Source: Promethearchaeota archaeon (GTDB lineage Archaea > Asgardarchaeota > Lokiarchaeia > Sigyniarchaeales > SOKP01). From it: a stretch of 64,000 nucleotides of DNA. This document shows, piece by piece, positions 20,690 to 29,833 of this stretch. The notes below the pieces were generated by a model. The model was not told where the DNA came from. It saw only the letters and a program-made list of their open reading frames with translations, and searched no databases. Numbering within the stretch: position 1 is the stretch's first letter; the number at the start of each line of letters is the position of its first letter. The stretch covers positions 32,001-96,000 of the forward strand of contig JALGVJ010000017.1 of NCBI GenBank assembly GCA_029838195.1. The letters are read 5' to 3'. The position numbers and the translations under genes are program-made.

Positions 20690-21538
20690 CTATTTTAAAG
20701 GATATCGTGGTTTTCTCTTTTCAAAAAATGCTGAGGTCGCTTCTTGAATATCTTTAGCAGAAAAGGTCACGACGATTGAGCTATTCTCGAATTGAAGCAT
20801 GTTTTCCAAACTCGGAGAATCTAATGAGAGATTAATTGCCTCTTTTGTCATTCGTAGGCCTAAAGGACTCTTAGTTAATAGTTCTTCTGCCAGTTTTATG
20901 CCCTCTTCTAATAACTGCTCCTTCTCAACGACTTTTAAAACTAAACCGATTTTTTCAGCTTCTTTAGCATCCACGAATCGCCCCGTATATAAGATTTCTG
21001 CTGCTCGCGCCATTCCAATTAACCGGGGGAGAAAATAACTCATTCCCACGTCTGCTCCACTTAAACCGAGATGTACAGCCGCATTCATGAATTTCGCTTC
21101 AGGAGTTGCAATGCGCATGTCTGAAGCCAAAGCAAAACCCATTCCCCCACCTGTAGCGGCTCCATGAATTAAGGCAATGATGGGTTGGCTTATTTTTCTC
21201 ATTTTAACGTAAATTTGGCTAATTCTCCATTGATGGTACATTTTACGTTTCAAGGGGTCGGAAATATTTAAAAAATTGAATTTTTCAAGACTTGGGGGTA
21301 ATTTTTTTGAATTCAGTATGATGCCATCTTGAAGATCCATGCCGGCACAGAAAGCTCTACCTTCTCCTTTTAAAATTAAAACGCGACAATCTAAATTAAC
21401 CATTAAATGATCTAAGAGCGCATGTAAATCTTCCTCCATTTGGAAGGTGATTGCGTTTAATTTTTCTGGTCTTTTTAAAGTTAATATCCCCACTCCATTT
21501 TCCTTTAATTCAAATTGTATGGTTTTAAACTCCATCAT
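20690..21538 (-). CDS. Enoyl-CoA hydratase/isomerase (crotonase) family
   Basis: RPEKLNA, AFCAGMDL, QPIIALIHGAATGGG and FFEKRKP motifs. Confidence 0.92.
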   Translation of the reverse strand: MMEFKTIQFELKENGVGILTLKRPEKLNAITFQMEEDLHALLDHLMVNLDCRVLILKGEGRAFCAGMDLQDGIILNSKKLPPSLEKFNFLNISDPLKRKMYHQWRISQIYVKMRKISQPIIALIHGAATGGGMGFALASDMRIATPEAKFMNAAVHLGLSGADVGMSYFLPRLIGMARAAEILYTGRFVDAKEAEKIGLVLKVVEKEQLLEEGIKLAEELLTKSPLGLRMTKEAINLSLDSPSLENMLQFENSSIVVTFSAKDIQEATSAFFEKRKPRYPLK

Positions 21539-21880
21539 ATAATACTCACGTTCTCATGTGTCTTAAATGGTTGTTAAGAAAAACTTTTATGATTTTCGGA
21601 AAAATCAAGTATTTTTAAAAACTTTAGATTAATTAATTAAAATATTAAAAAAAATAATGAAAGATATTTATTAATTCATTTTAAAATGACAGTCGCCGAA
21701 TAGTCAAACCAATTTTGGACAAAATTAGACATGAACACAAAAATAGAGGGGTTTTTTTTAATCGTCTTTTATGATCATTCTTCAGGAACTCTTTCTTTTT
21801 TTGGAGCAAAAAATACAAATAAAAAAAAAAAGATTGGAAAGAAAATTAAAAAGACAGACCTCATCCTTTAATTAATATCT

Positions 21881-22735
21881 TCATTTTAGCGGGTATTTCG
21901 GCTTTCTTTTTTCGAAAAAAGCTGCAATCCCTTCATTCAAATCGGAAGAAGTGGAGCATAACATTTGAGTTCTATTTTCTAATTGTATTATGGTTTCTAA
22001 ACTGGGCGAATCCATCGATAAATTAATAGCCTCTTTCGTCATGCGCAGTCCCAATGGACTTTTTGCCAATAAATCACTTGCTAATTCAAGACCGCTTTCC
22101 AATAATTTTTCCTTCTCTACAACTTTCAAAACTAATCCTATTTTTTCTGCTTCATCTGCCTCTATAAATCTTCCCGTATATAAGATCTCTGCGGCTTTAG
22201 ACATCCCAATAAGGCGAGGCAAGTAATAACTACAAGCTAAATCCGCTCCTGAAAAGCCTACTTTAATGAATGCATTATTAAACCGTGCTTCTTTACTCGC
22301 AATGCGAAAGTCAGAAGCGAGGGAAAAAGCAAAACCAACACCAGAAGCGGCTCCCTGAACCAGTGCGATGATGGGTTGGCTGATTCTTCGCATTTTCACG
22401 ATGATTTGAGAAGCTCGCCATTGGGCATAAATTTTTGCCTTAATGATGTCTTTTTCGGGTACATTTAAAAAGAAAAATTTCTCCTTTAGCTCTTCAGGTT
22501 TCTTTTTAGATTGCAATATCGTAGATTCTTTAAGATCTAATCCCGCGCAAAAAACTCTTCCTTCTGCTTTTAAGATTAATACCCTACAATCAAGATTGGT
22601 CATTAAATGATCATATACCGAATGAAGCTCTTCCGACATCTGAAAATTCATGGCGTTTAGTTGATCTGGCCGATTAAAGGTAAGAATACCCACTCCATCG
22701 TCCCGAACTTCAAATTTTAGGGTTTCGTATTCCAT
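21881..22735 (-). CDS. Enoyl-CoA hydratase/isomerase family (tandem paralog)
   Basis: Same motifs, clearly similar to 20690..21538. Confidence 0.92.
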   Translation of the reverse strand: MEYETLKFEVRDDGVGILTFNRPDQLNAMNFQMSEELHSVYDHLMTNLDCRVLILKAEGRVFCAGLDLKESTILQSKKKPEELKEKFFFLNVPEKDIIKAKIYAQWRASQIIVKMRRISQPIIALVQGAASGVGFAFSLASDFRIASKEARFNNAFIKVGFSGADLACSYYLPRLIGMSKAAEILYTGRFIEADEAEKIGLVLKVVEKEKLLESGLELASDLLAKSPLGLRMTKEAINLSMDSPSLETIIQLENRTQMLCSTSSDLNEGIAAFFEKRKPKYPLK

Positions 22736-22962
22736 TTTTTCACTTCCTATATTATTCTCTATGATAAAAATGTAAGTTGAACTCCATAAAAAGTCATGGA
22801 TTTTCGGGAATTAAATGTACATGAACAAATTTTTAAATTACTCGCTCTATTCGTTTGAATGATCCCATTTTTAAAGAATTTGCTAAGCGAACATGATGAA
22901 TCTGCTTAAGATACCATTCATGGGGCAATCCATGGGATGATGCGCATCAACAAGGTTCACGT

Positions 22963-24132
22963 CTAGTCTACCGGAAGCGTCAAGTCTTCCAATGTCTCTG
23001 GCGCTTTGGTTAAGCTTAGATTTCCATCTTCCGTGATTAGAACCGTGTCAGAATGTCGAAACCCTCCAATTTTTGGAAGGTAAATTCCCGGTTCAATACT
23101 AATGATCATTCCTGGTTCAATTACTCTATCATAGCCAATTGCCACAAAAGGAGCTTCATGTCCTGTGATACCCAAGCCATGGCCTGTACGATGGAGCAAT
23201 TTATCTCCATATCCTCTCTTTTGGAAGATCTTGCGCACCGCCTCATCGACTTTACTGAAATTTTCTCCCGGTATTGCTAATTCAAATGCTTTTTCCCGTG
23301 CTTCCATCATGACTTGAAATGGTTCTCTTGCAACTTCTGGAACCTCTCCTAAGAAAAAAGAACGTTCAATCTCGACACCGTATCCATCTAATTGCCCTCC
23401 AACACCAGACACGTGAGGACCCCCGTGCTCCATGGTAAAAAAAATGTTCGTCATGTTATGAGGGTCGTATGAAATGCTAGGAGGCAATACAATGGCATCT
23501 GCCTTAGAAACCATTGGATTTAAATTAGGTAAGTCTTTCAATACTTTTCCTTGCATGTAGCTTGAAACTTCACTATAAATTTTAATGAAAGGAACACCCG
23601 GCTTGCAAATTTTTAGCAGTTTATCATGACCTTGATTAATGATTTTACATGCATGGACGGTTCTACCGATTTCATAGTCCGTCTTGATTAACCTGCATTC
23701 GTCAATGATATCCGTTCTTATTTTTTGACCCGGCGTTTCTTCATAAATTCTAAGCGTCATGGCTGATTCGACTCCCACACGAGCATCCTTTTCGATGAGT
23801 TTTCGATATTCATCATTCCAGTTTTGTCCTTTGGGTGCGGGATATTCAAAATAATGAATCAACTCTAATTCACAACGAGCGCGTGTTTCTACGTGAGTCT
23901 TTTCCAAGAGAGGTACTAAAAATTTTATGGTTCCATTTTTCGGAATGATCAAAATAAAGGGCCGTTCGTGAACATAATTCGCAAAATTTGTAAGATAATA
24001 AATATTAACCGGATCAAATGCAACGTAATAATCTAGATTTTCTTTTTTCATCAAATTTCGTACTTTTTCTAATCGTGAATTTAATTCCGCTTCATCCGGC
24101 GGCTTTTTTATCGGCTTTGGTATTTTCGTCAT
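22963..24132 (-). CDS. Xaa-Pro peptidase/creatinase family (M24)
   Basis: Creatinase N-terminal domain, HRTGHGLG, HEAP, SIEPGIY and GGFRHSDT motifs. Confidence 0.88.
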   Translation of the reverse strand: MTKIPKPIKKPPDEAELNSRLEKVRNLMKKENLDYYVAFDPVNIYYLTNFANYVHERPFILIIPKNGTIKFLVPLLEKTHVETRARCELELIHYFEYPAPKGQNWNDEYRKLIEKDARVGVESAMTLRIYEETPGQKIRTDIIDECRLIKTDYEIGRTVHACKIINQGHDKLLKICKPGVPFIKIYSEVSSYMQGKVLKDLPNLNPMVSKADAIVLPPSISYDPHNMTNIFFTMEHGGPHVSGVGGQLDGYGVEIERSFFLGEVPEVAREPFQVMMEAREKAFELAIPGENFSKVDEAVRKIFQKRGYGDKLLHRTGHGLGITGHEAPFVAIGYDRVIEPGMIISIEPGIYLPKIGGFRHSDTVLITEDGNLSLTKAPETLEDLTLPVD

Positions 24133-24221
24133 ATTGTTTTACTTTCTCTTTTTAAATGAAGATGAATTTATAAGTATATCTTGGTAGAAGATTAAAAAAT
24201 ATAAAAACGTGATTAAAACTA

Positions 24222-24503
24222 ATGTTAACCATTATAGCAACCGTGAAAGTAAGGGAGGGTAAAATGGAACAAGCTATCGAGGTTTTAAAAGAAGTGGTTC
24301 CAAAAATTAAGGCTTCAGAGCCCGGAACTTTGGAATATATCCCTCATATCGTTGAAGGAAAAAACGAAATCATTTTTTATGAGAAATATGAAGATGATAA
24401 GGCTTTCAAAACTCATTCGAAAAGTTTGGCTACCTCTTTAGCTAATTTTTTACCCTTGTTAGAACCTGGAATGGATTTAAAAAGATGCAAAGAAATTCTC
24501 TGA
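24222..24503 (+). CDS. ABM-family (putative quinol monooxygenase) protein
   Basis: EPGTLEY...FYEKYED..AFKTH pattern. Confidence 0.85.
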   Translation: MLTIIATVKVREGKMEQAIEVLKEVVPKIKASEPGTLEYIPHIVEGKNEIIFYEKYEDDKAFKTHSKSLATSLANFLPLLEPGMDLKRCKEIL

Positions 24504-24564
24504 ATCATTTCCTTGAGTTTTAATTTCTCTTTTATTTTCTTTATTTTAATTAGATGCGCATCAT

Positions 24565-24578
24565 TGAATAATCATTCA
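24565..24578. promoter_or_regulatory. Candidate operator, TGAATA-NN-TATTCA family (1 mismatch)
   Basis: TGAATAATCATTCA, identical to the site upstream of mrp (49480). Confidence 0.55.
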
Positions 24579-24624
24579 TTTTCCGAATACCCCAAATCTT
24601 ATTAAAAACAATTCTTCCACGTTA

Positions 24625-24638
24625 TGAATATATATTCA
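24625..24638. promoter_or_regulatory. Candidate operator, exact TGAATA-NN-TATTCA
   Basis: TGAATATATATTCA within a 20-bp near-perfect palindrome (24622-24641), next to a TTTATATA box. Confidence 0.65.
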
Positions 24639-24716
24639 CAAAATTTATATAAGGTGATTAACTTTTGTTACTTGAAATTAAAAAAAAATTGTAAAAAAGG
24701 AGATGATGTAATAAAA

Positions 24717-25088
24717 ATGCCAGGAGGAGATGGAACGGGTCCGGCTGGTTTAGGACCCATGACAGGTCGTGCTTTAGGATATTGTGCTGGTTATAGCAGT
24801 CCTGGATATACGAAGGGTCCTGGACTTGGATGGGGTCGAGGATACGGTCGTGGATGGTGGGGACGAGGGAGAGGATGGTGGAGAGGAATCCGATGGGGAA
24901 CACCCGTGTATAATCCATGGGTAGCGCCCGGCTATCCTACCCCCACGGCTCCCGTAGTAGCCACGCCTGCTGATCAATTAACCATGTTAAAACAGGAGAA
25001 AGAATACATGGAATCCGAATTAAAAGCGATCCAAGAAGCATTAGAGGATATTTCAAAAAGGATCGAAGAAATAGAACAAGAAAAATGA
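24717..25088 (+). CDS. DUF5320-family protein
   Basis: MPGGDGTGPAGLGPMTGRALGYCAG signature, G/R/W-rich middle, C-terminal coiled coil. Start moved to ATG 24717 after GGAG. Confidence 0.85.
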   Translation: MPGGDGTGPAGLGPMTGRALGYCAGYSSPGYTKGPGLGWGRGYGRGWWGRGRGWWRGIRWGTPVYNPWVAPGYPTPTAPVVATPADQLTMLKQEKEYMESELKAIQEALEDISKRIEEIEQEK

Positions 25089-25172
25089 TTTTTTTTTTAA
25101 TTTTTGTATTAATTTAATTATCCCATTACTGCTTCAAGATCTATTTTCAATAATTGAGCGAGAGTAATATTC

Positions 25173-25547
25173 ATGGAAAGTATAAAAGAAAGTCAAGAAG
25201 ATTATTTAAAGGCAATTTATCTCATTTCGAAATCGAAAAAAGGGGGCTGGGTTAATAATTCTCAGATCGCAAGATTTCTAAATGTTCAACCGCCTTCTGT
25301 TTCAGAAATGCTGCATAAATTAAAAGCAAAAGGATTAATCGATTGGAGCCCTCGAAGGGCAATACGTTTAACCCGCAAAGGAAAACTATTAGCAATGGAT
25401 ACTCTTAAAAAGTATGAAATTTTGAAAGATTTTTTTCTTAACGTATTAAAAATAGAGGATGAGGCTCTAATAAATCAATCATGTTGTAAAATTGAACATC
25501 ATCTAACCCTTGATGTTTTGGAAGCACTAAGGGACGTTTCACCTTGA
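25173..25547 (+). CDS. DtxR/MntR-family metal-dependent transcriptional regulator
   Basis: EDYLKAIY, VQPPSVSEML, IRLTRKG and CKIEH motifs. Confidence 0.88.
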   Translation: MESIKESQEDYLKAIYLISKSKKGGWVNNSQIARFLNVQPPSVSEMLHKLKAKGLIDWSPRRAIRLTRKGKLLAMDTLKKYEILKDFFLNVLKIEDEALINQSCCKIEHHLTLDVLEALRDVSP

Positions 25548-25686
25548 TGAGGTTTCAGTTCTTTTATACTTGATTTTCATTATAGTTTTCAATTTCGTCC
25601 ATAAAGATTCCGAGAATTAATGAGAATTAATGAGATAATAATTTATTATATAAATTTTTAAAATTCGAAATTACTTATTTTAACAC

Positions 25687-25839
25687 ATGGCTGAAGTTAA
25701 ATTAGAAATTAATGAAAAATCTATTCCTCTGAACAATTTGATGCAAGAAATGCTGAAAAATTTGATATTGGCGTATCTAAAATCAGCAAAAAAGATACCA
25801 GAACCCATGGAAACCATTAAAATAGACATTATATTATAA
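25687..25839 (+). CDS. 50-aa small protein resembling the C-terminal module of archaeal MobB proteins (absent from the ORF track)
   Basis: MAEVKLEINEKSIPLNNLMQEMLKNLILAYLKSAKKIPEPMETIKIDIIL; TATA-like box upstream and T-run downstream. Confidence 0.65.
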   Translation: MAEVKLEINEKSIPLNNLMQEMLKNLILAYLKSAKKIPEPMETIKIDIIL

Positions 25840-25959
25840 TATTTTATTTTATTTTTTTTTTCCTTGTGTTTTTTTTTTCCAAAAATTCTTTGGAAATGGA
25901 TTTTTCACATCCATGAATGTCAATTTACCCTTACAAGGAATAAAGATTGGTGATTAGAA

Positions 25960-25990
25960 GCGAACGTTAGTTCGCAAGGAGTTTTTTTCT
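25960..25990 (+). terminator. Hairpin plus T-tract between convergent genes
   Basis: GCGAAC-GTTA-GTTCGC followed by T-rich sequence. Confidence 0.3.
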
Positions 25991-26088
25991 TTTTATTTTT
26001 ATAATGACAATTTTTCGCTTGGAACGCTAATCTAGTAAAATTAAATTAAAGGAAAAACAATTAAGTAAGAGAAAAAAAAAAGAAGAAT

Positions 26089-27429
26089 TTAAGGTTCTTG
26101 AGCTTCTAAAATTGCCATTTGCCTCTTGTATTTTTCTTCTTCAGACAGCTCAGGCTCGCCACGTTTTACTAAAAACATGCAAATTAAGGCTGCGATAAAA
26201 AAGTAAGATGCATTTAGTAATAAAGTTTCTATGCCAAAAATATCCGTAAGAATACCCACGATCATTGGACCTAATATTGCAGCCATGTAAGAAAAAAAGT
26301 AATAAAGCCCAGTATAAGTTCCGATTTTATCATGAGTTGGTGCTAGCTCCCACACAATGACTATGGAGTTAGTATTTATTAAGGCCCATCCAATTCCAAG
26401 TATCGCTAATGGAATTGCCATTATGAAAATGCTTGCTTTGACCAATCCAAGAAAATAACCGAGAACGAGCATTGCGATCCATAATATCACTCCTATTTTT
26501 ATCGCCTTGCGACGTCCGATTTTGGTGGCAACGATAGCCATGGGATAGATCGTAATTAAAAGCGGTACAGCCACGAGAAAGGGTAAAAACCCCGCCAATC
26601 CTGAAGTATATCCTAAAACAGAGACGCCATAAATCGAAATTAATGCAACAACTCCTTGATAGCCAACAAACCAAAAAAATATAGCTAAGAGTATGAAAAG
26701 CGTGCTTTTATCTTCTTCATGAATAACATCTTTAATGCTTTCAATGAGGGGGGGTTTTTTTTTCTCTTTTTTAACTTTTTGCTGTAATTTAGCCTCCATT
26801 TCTAAAACTAATTGATATCCATAAGATTCCGTTTCCTTTATTTTAAGTAAGAGTACAATAAGGGCCCCAATCATGATGAATGAGATAATGGTAAATAAAA
26901 TCTGAAGACCAACTCTCTGATCTGTAAAAAAATCAAGCAACGCACTAAACCCATAGCCAATGGCCACACCTACGCCCCCCATGAAATTGATAATAGCATT
27001 TCCCTTGCTTCTATGGACTGGCTTTACAAAATCGGGCATTAATGATACGGCTTGAGCCCTATAAAATCCCATACTAAATCCGAAAAAAAACATCCATAAT
27101 AATAACATAAAAAGTGATGTAGCTGTCGGAATTAAGGCAAAAAATAGTGCACCTAAAGGGACTCCCACGATTAGATAAGGAATGCGGCGACCGAGCCTTG
27201 TTCGGGTATTATCTGAGATGGAGCCCATAATTGGCTGTAAAATTATTCCTAGAATGTTATCCAATGCCATCCAAAAACCTACAAATGTTAATAAAGTTAG
27301 ATAATTATTCAGAAGCAAGGGAACTTGAGCATTGTAAAGCGACCATGCGACTTCAGAGGAGAAAAATGCCAAGCCAATGATGAATGTTTGTCCTACATTA
27401 AAGGGAGTTTCTTCACTTTTTTCAGAAAT
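26089..27429 (-). CDS. MFS transporter (SLC45/maltose-sucrose GPH-like), probable ATT start
   Basis: 12-TM pattern with SDNTRTRLGRRIPY. The frame extends 19 codons upstream of TTG 27372 to ATT 27429, which lies 6 nt after GGTGA. Confidence 0.88.
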   Translation of the reverse strand: MSEKSEETPFNVGQTFIIGLAFFSSEVAWSLYNAQVPLLLNNYLTLLTFVGFWMALDNILGIILQPIMGSISDNTRTRLGRRIPYLIVGVPLGALFFALIPTATSLFMLLLWMFFFGFSMGFYRAQAVSLMPDFVKPVHRSKGNAIINFMGGVGVAIGYGFSALLDFFTDQRVGLQILFTIISFIMIGALIVLLLKIKETESYGYQLVLEMEAKLQQKVKKEKKKPPLIESIKDVIHEEDKSTLFILLAIFFWFVGYQGVVALISIYGVSVLGYTSGLAGFLPFLVAVPLLITIYPMAIVATKIGRRKAIKIGVILWIAMLVLGYFLGLVKASIFIMAIPLAILGIGWALINTNSIVIVWELAPTHDKIGTYTGLYYFFSYMAAILGPMIVGILTDIFGIETLLLNASYFFIAALICMFLVKRGEPELSEEEKYKRQMAILEAQEP

Positions 27430-27662
27430 GTTTTTTCACCTTTTTTTTAAATTAATGCTAATATAGAATAATTTACTCTTTTCATTTAAAAATTCTTAGT
27501 TTATACATTAATAGGAAATTATAAATTTTTTCTTAATCTTTTTTTCATATTAGGACTAATATAGAATATTTTCTCGTTTCATTAATTCTCAGTTTATATA
27601 TTAATTAAAAATTAAACTATTAATTAATTCTAAATTATAAAGTAGAAACCAAGTAAAAGAAA

Positions 27663-28544
27663 ATGCGATTAGAACCTGAATGCGTTGGCTGTTTATTTAA
27701 TCAGATATTAAATGCAATAAAACATTTAGATTTAAAACTCCCTCGATCGGATATTATATTTCTTCAAAAAAAAGTGATGGCTTATTTGCTTGAGAAAGAT
27801 TTTGATAACACGACAGCACCGATGGTTGCGCGATATCTCTATGATTTAATTTCACAAGTGGCAAATAATCCCGATCCCTTTCGAGAGTTAAAAAAAAAAT
27901 ATAATTCTCTAGCATTAAGATATCATGATAAGATTCTTAATTCAATTAAAACGACTGAGGATCCATTATTTAAAGCATTAATTATCGCTGCATTAGGAAA
28001 TACAATCGATTTTGCGAGTCAGCATGAAATTAATTTAATCCAAGATCTAACCAATTTCATTCCCCAGCAATTAAAAATTAATGATTATGAATCTTTTAAA
28101 GCCACTCTCGATAATTCTAAAGGGTTACTAATTCTTGGCGATAATGCCGGAGAAATCGTGTTTGATAAATTATTAATCACGATTTTACGAGAAATGTATC
28201 CCCATTTAGAAATAATATATGCCGTCCGAGCATCGCCCATCATTAATGATGCTACTATGGAGGATGCCGAGGAAATTAACCTGACAAGCATGGTAAAAGT
28301 AATTGAGTCGAGTCCCATTCCGGGTATTGATTTGTCTAATGTTTCAAGAGAATTTAAGACCTATTTTTATTCCGAAAATCACGCCATTTTATCAAAGGGA
28401 CAAGGAAATTTTGAATGTTTACACGATTCAAGCACGATTGGCAAGCCAATTTATTATTTGTTTAAAGTTAAATGTAATTTAATGGAGCGGATTTTTCAAT
28501 CACGTGGTGTTAAAAAGGGCGACTTGATTTTTATTAAAATGTGA
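27663..28544 (+). CDS. DUF89/ARMT1-like damage-control phosphatase
   Basis: ECVGC, GNTIDF, DNAGEIVFD, INDAT, KGQGNFE and KC motifs. Confidence 0.9.
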   Translation: MRLEPECVGCLFNQILNAIKHLDLKLPRSDIIFLQKKVMAYLLEKDFDNTTAPMVARYLYDLISQVANNPDPFRELKKKYNSLALRYHDKILNSIKTTEDPLFKALIIAALGNTIDFASQHEINLIQDLTNFIPQQLKINDYESFKATLDNSKGLLILGDNAGEIVFDKLLITILREMYPHLEIIYAVRASPIINDATMEDAEEINLTSMVKVIESSPIPGIDLSNVSREFKTYFYSENHAILSKGQGNFECLHDSSTIGKPIYYLFKVKCNLMERIFQSRGVKKGDLIFIKM

Positions 28545-28685
28545 TGAGCAATCAAATTCAATCATTGAAAGATAAACTAACTCATGGATGGAACCCATTT
28601 TTGATTTCGCTAATAAATTAGAATTTTAAAACATTAATTATTAATTATTTCAAAAAAAATCTTTCACCCTCCCTTGGGAAAGAGA

Positions 28686-29180
28686 TCAAGTGCTTTTTTG
28701 TTGGCGCATTTTTCGGATTGCTTCCGTGAAGAAACCAAAATCTTGTTTAGTACTTGAATTTTTCTTATTTTCAAAAAAATCTTCTATTTGTTTATAAAGA
28801 AGGCGTTTAAATGAAGTGAAGCGAGAAATGTCCACGCACGTAGCGATCTCATCCTTGTAGAGGGTATAAAAATGTTCTAAAGCTTTTTCCGCTTCTTCCC
28901 GTGCATCCTCAGAAAGAAAATTTTTATCAACTATTATAATTAAAATAAGTCTATGGGCTGTGACCACGATAATTTGAACATCTAATCCCTTAATGATAAT
29001 TTCTTCTATTTTCCCCATGCTATCTTTTCCGAACAATGACAAGGCGCCAACAAACGAGGATAATAAAATCGGATTAATGTGCGTATCTAAAATCAAGTCT
29101 AAAAGAAATTCTCCGCTTTCCTTGCATATTACAATTCCTTTAATTTGCTTTGCGATTTCTTCTTGCGAAATGCTGCTGAT
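28686..29180 (-). CDS. Longin/roadblock-like domain protein (Asgard type), probable ATC/ATT start
   Basis: IKGIVICKESGEFLLD strand lies upstream of TTG 29096, followed by PILLSSFVGALSLFG, IEEIIIKG, LILIIIVDK and a long helix: longin pattern. Confidence 0.65.
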   Translation of the reverse strand: MSSISQEEIAKQIKGIVICKESGEFLLDLILDTHINPILLSSFVGALSLFGKDSMGKIEEIIIKGLDVQIIVVTAHRLILIIIVDKNFLSEDAREEAEKALEHFYTLYKDEIATCVDISRFTSFKRLLYKQIEDFFENKKNSSTKQDFGFFTEAIRKMRQQKST

Positions 29181-29833
29181 TTTAATCCCCCTTTATTTTT
29201 TTCTTATTTGTTATAAAAATACAACCCATATAGTAAAATGTAAAATAATTTTAATATTTAATGCGAATGGAAATTTAATATAGTAAGGTGATATCCATAT
29301 ATAGACATGATTTTTTTTTCAAGAGTAATTTAAAATAATTATCCTCATTCTTAAATAATTTTTTAATACTTCCTCATGTATAACATTAAGCACACCAATT
29401 TAAATAATTCCTTTTCCATATCTTTTCCATGAATGGAAAGGCTTCCTTTTTCCTTTTATTAGATTAATTGAAAAAATTTCTAATGTTTCATTTTAACAAA
29501 TTAAAGGTATAGTCTGCTTCTCTTCATTAAAGATAAAAAGCTGTGAAATAATTTAAACCAGATATTTTTGAGTTAATTATAACCACATGAATCATTAATT
29601 AATTGAAAAAATATATCAAACCTTATAAAAATCCGAATCCAATATGAAGGAAAAAAACCCGGTAATTAATTTTACACTGCTTAGAGAAACAAGCTTCAAT
29701 CTACAAGCTAAAATCCCGAAGGATCCAGATAAAGTTGATCAATAAATGATCTTAAAAATTTTTCCCCGAGAAATTTAATATATTTCCTTTTTAAAAACAA
29801 GTGAAATGTTTAAACTATAGGAAAAAATTGAAT

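Noticed and set aside
24624-24716. 31-aa N-terminal extension of the DUF5320 ORF
   Set aside because: It overlaps the operator and TATA box; the family signature and RBS point to ATG 24717.
25612-25634. Tandem 10-mer GAGAATTAAT
   Set aside because: Only about 2.4 copies in AT-rich DNA; consistent with a local slippage duplication.
29300-29750. Possible decayed ORF and small hairpins in a long intergenic gap
   Set aside because: The translations have several stops and no recognisable motif, so no call can be supported.
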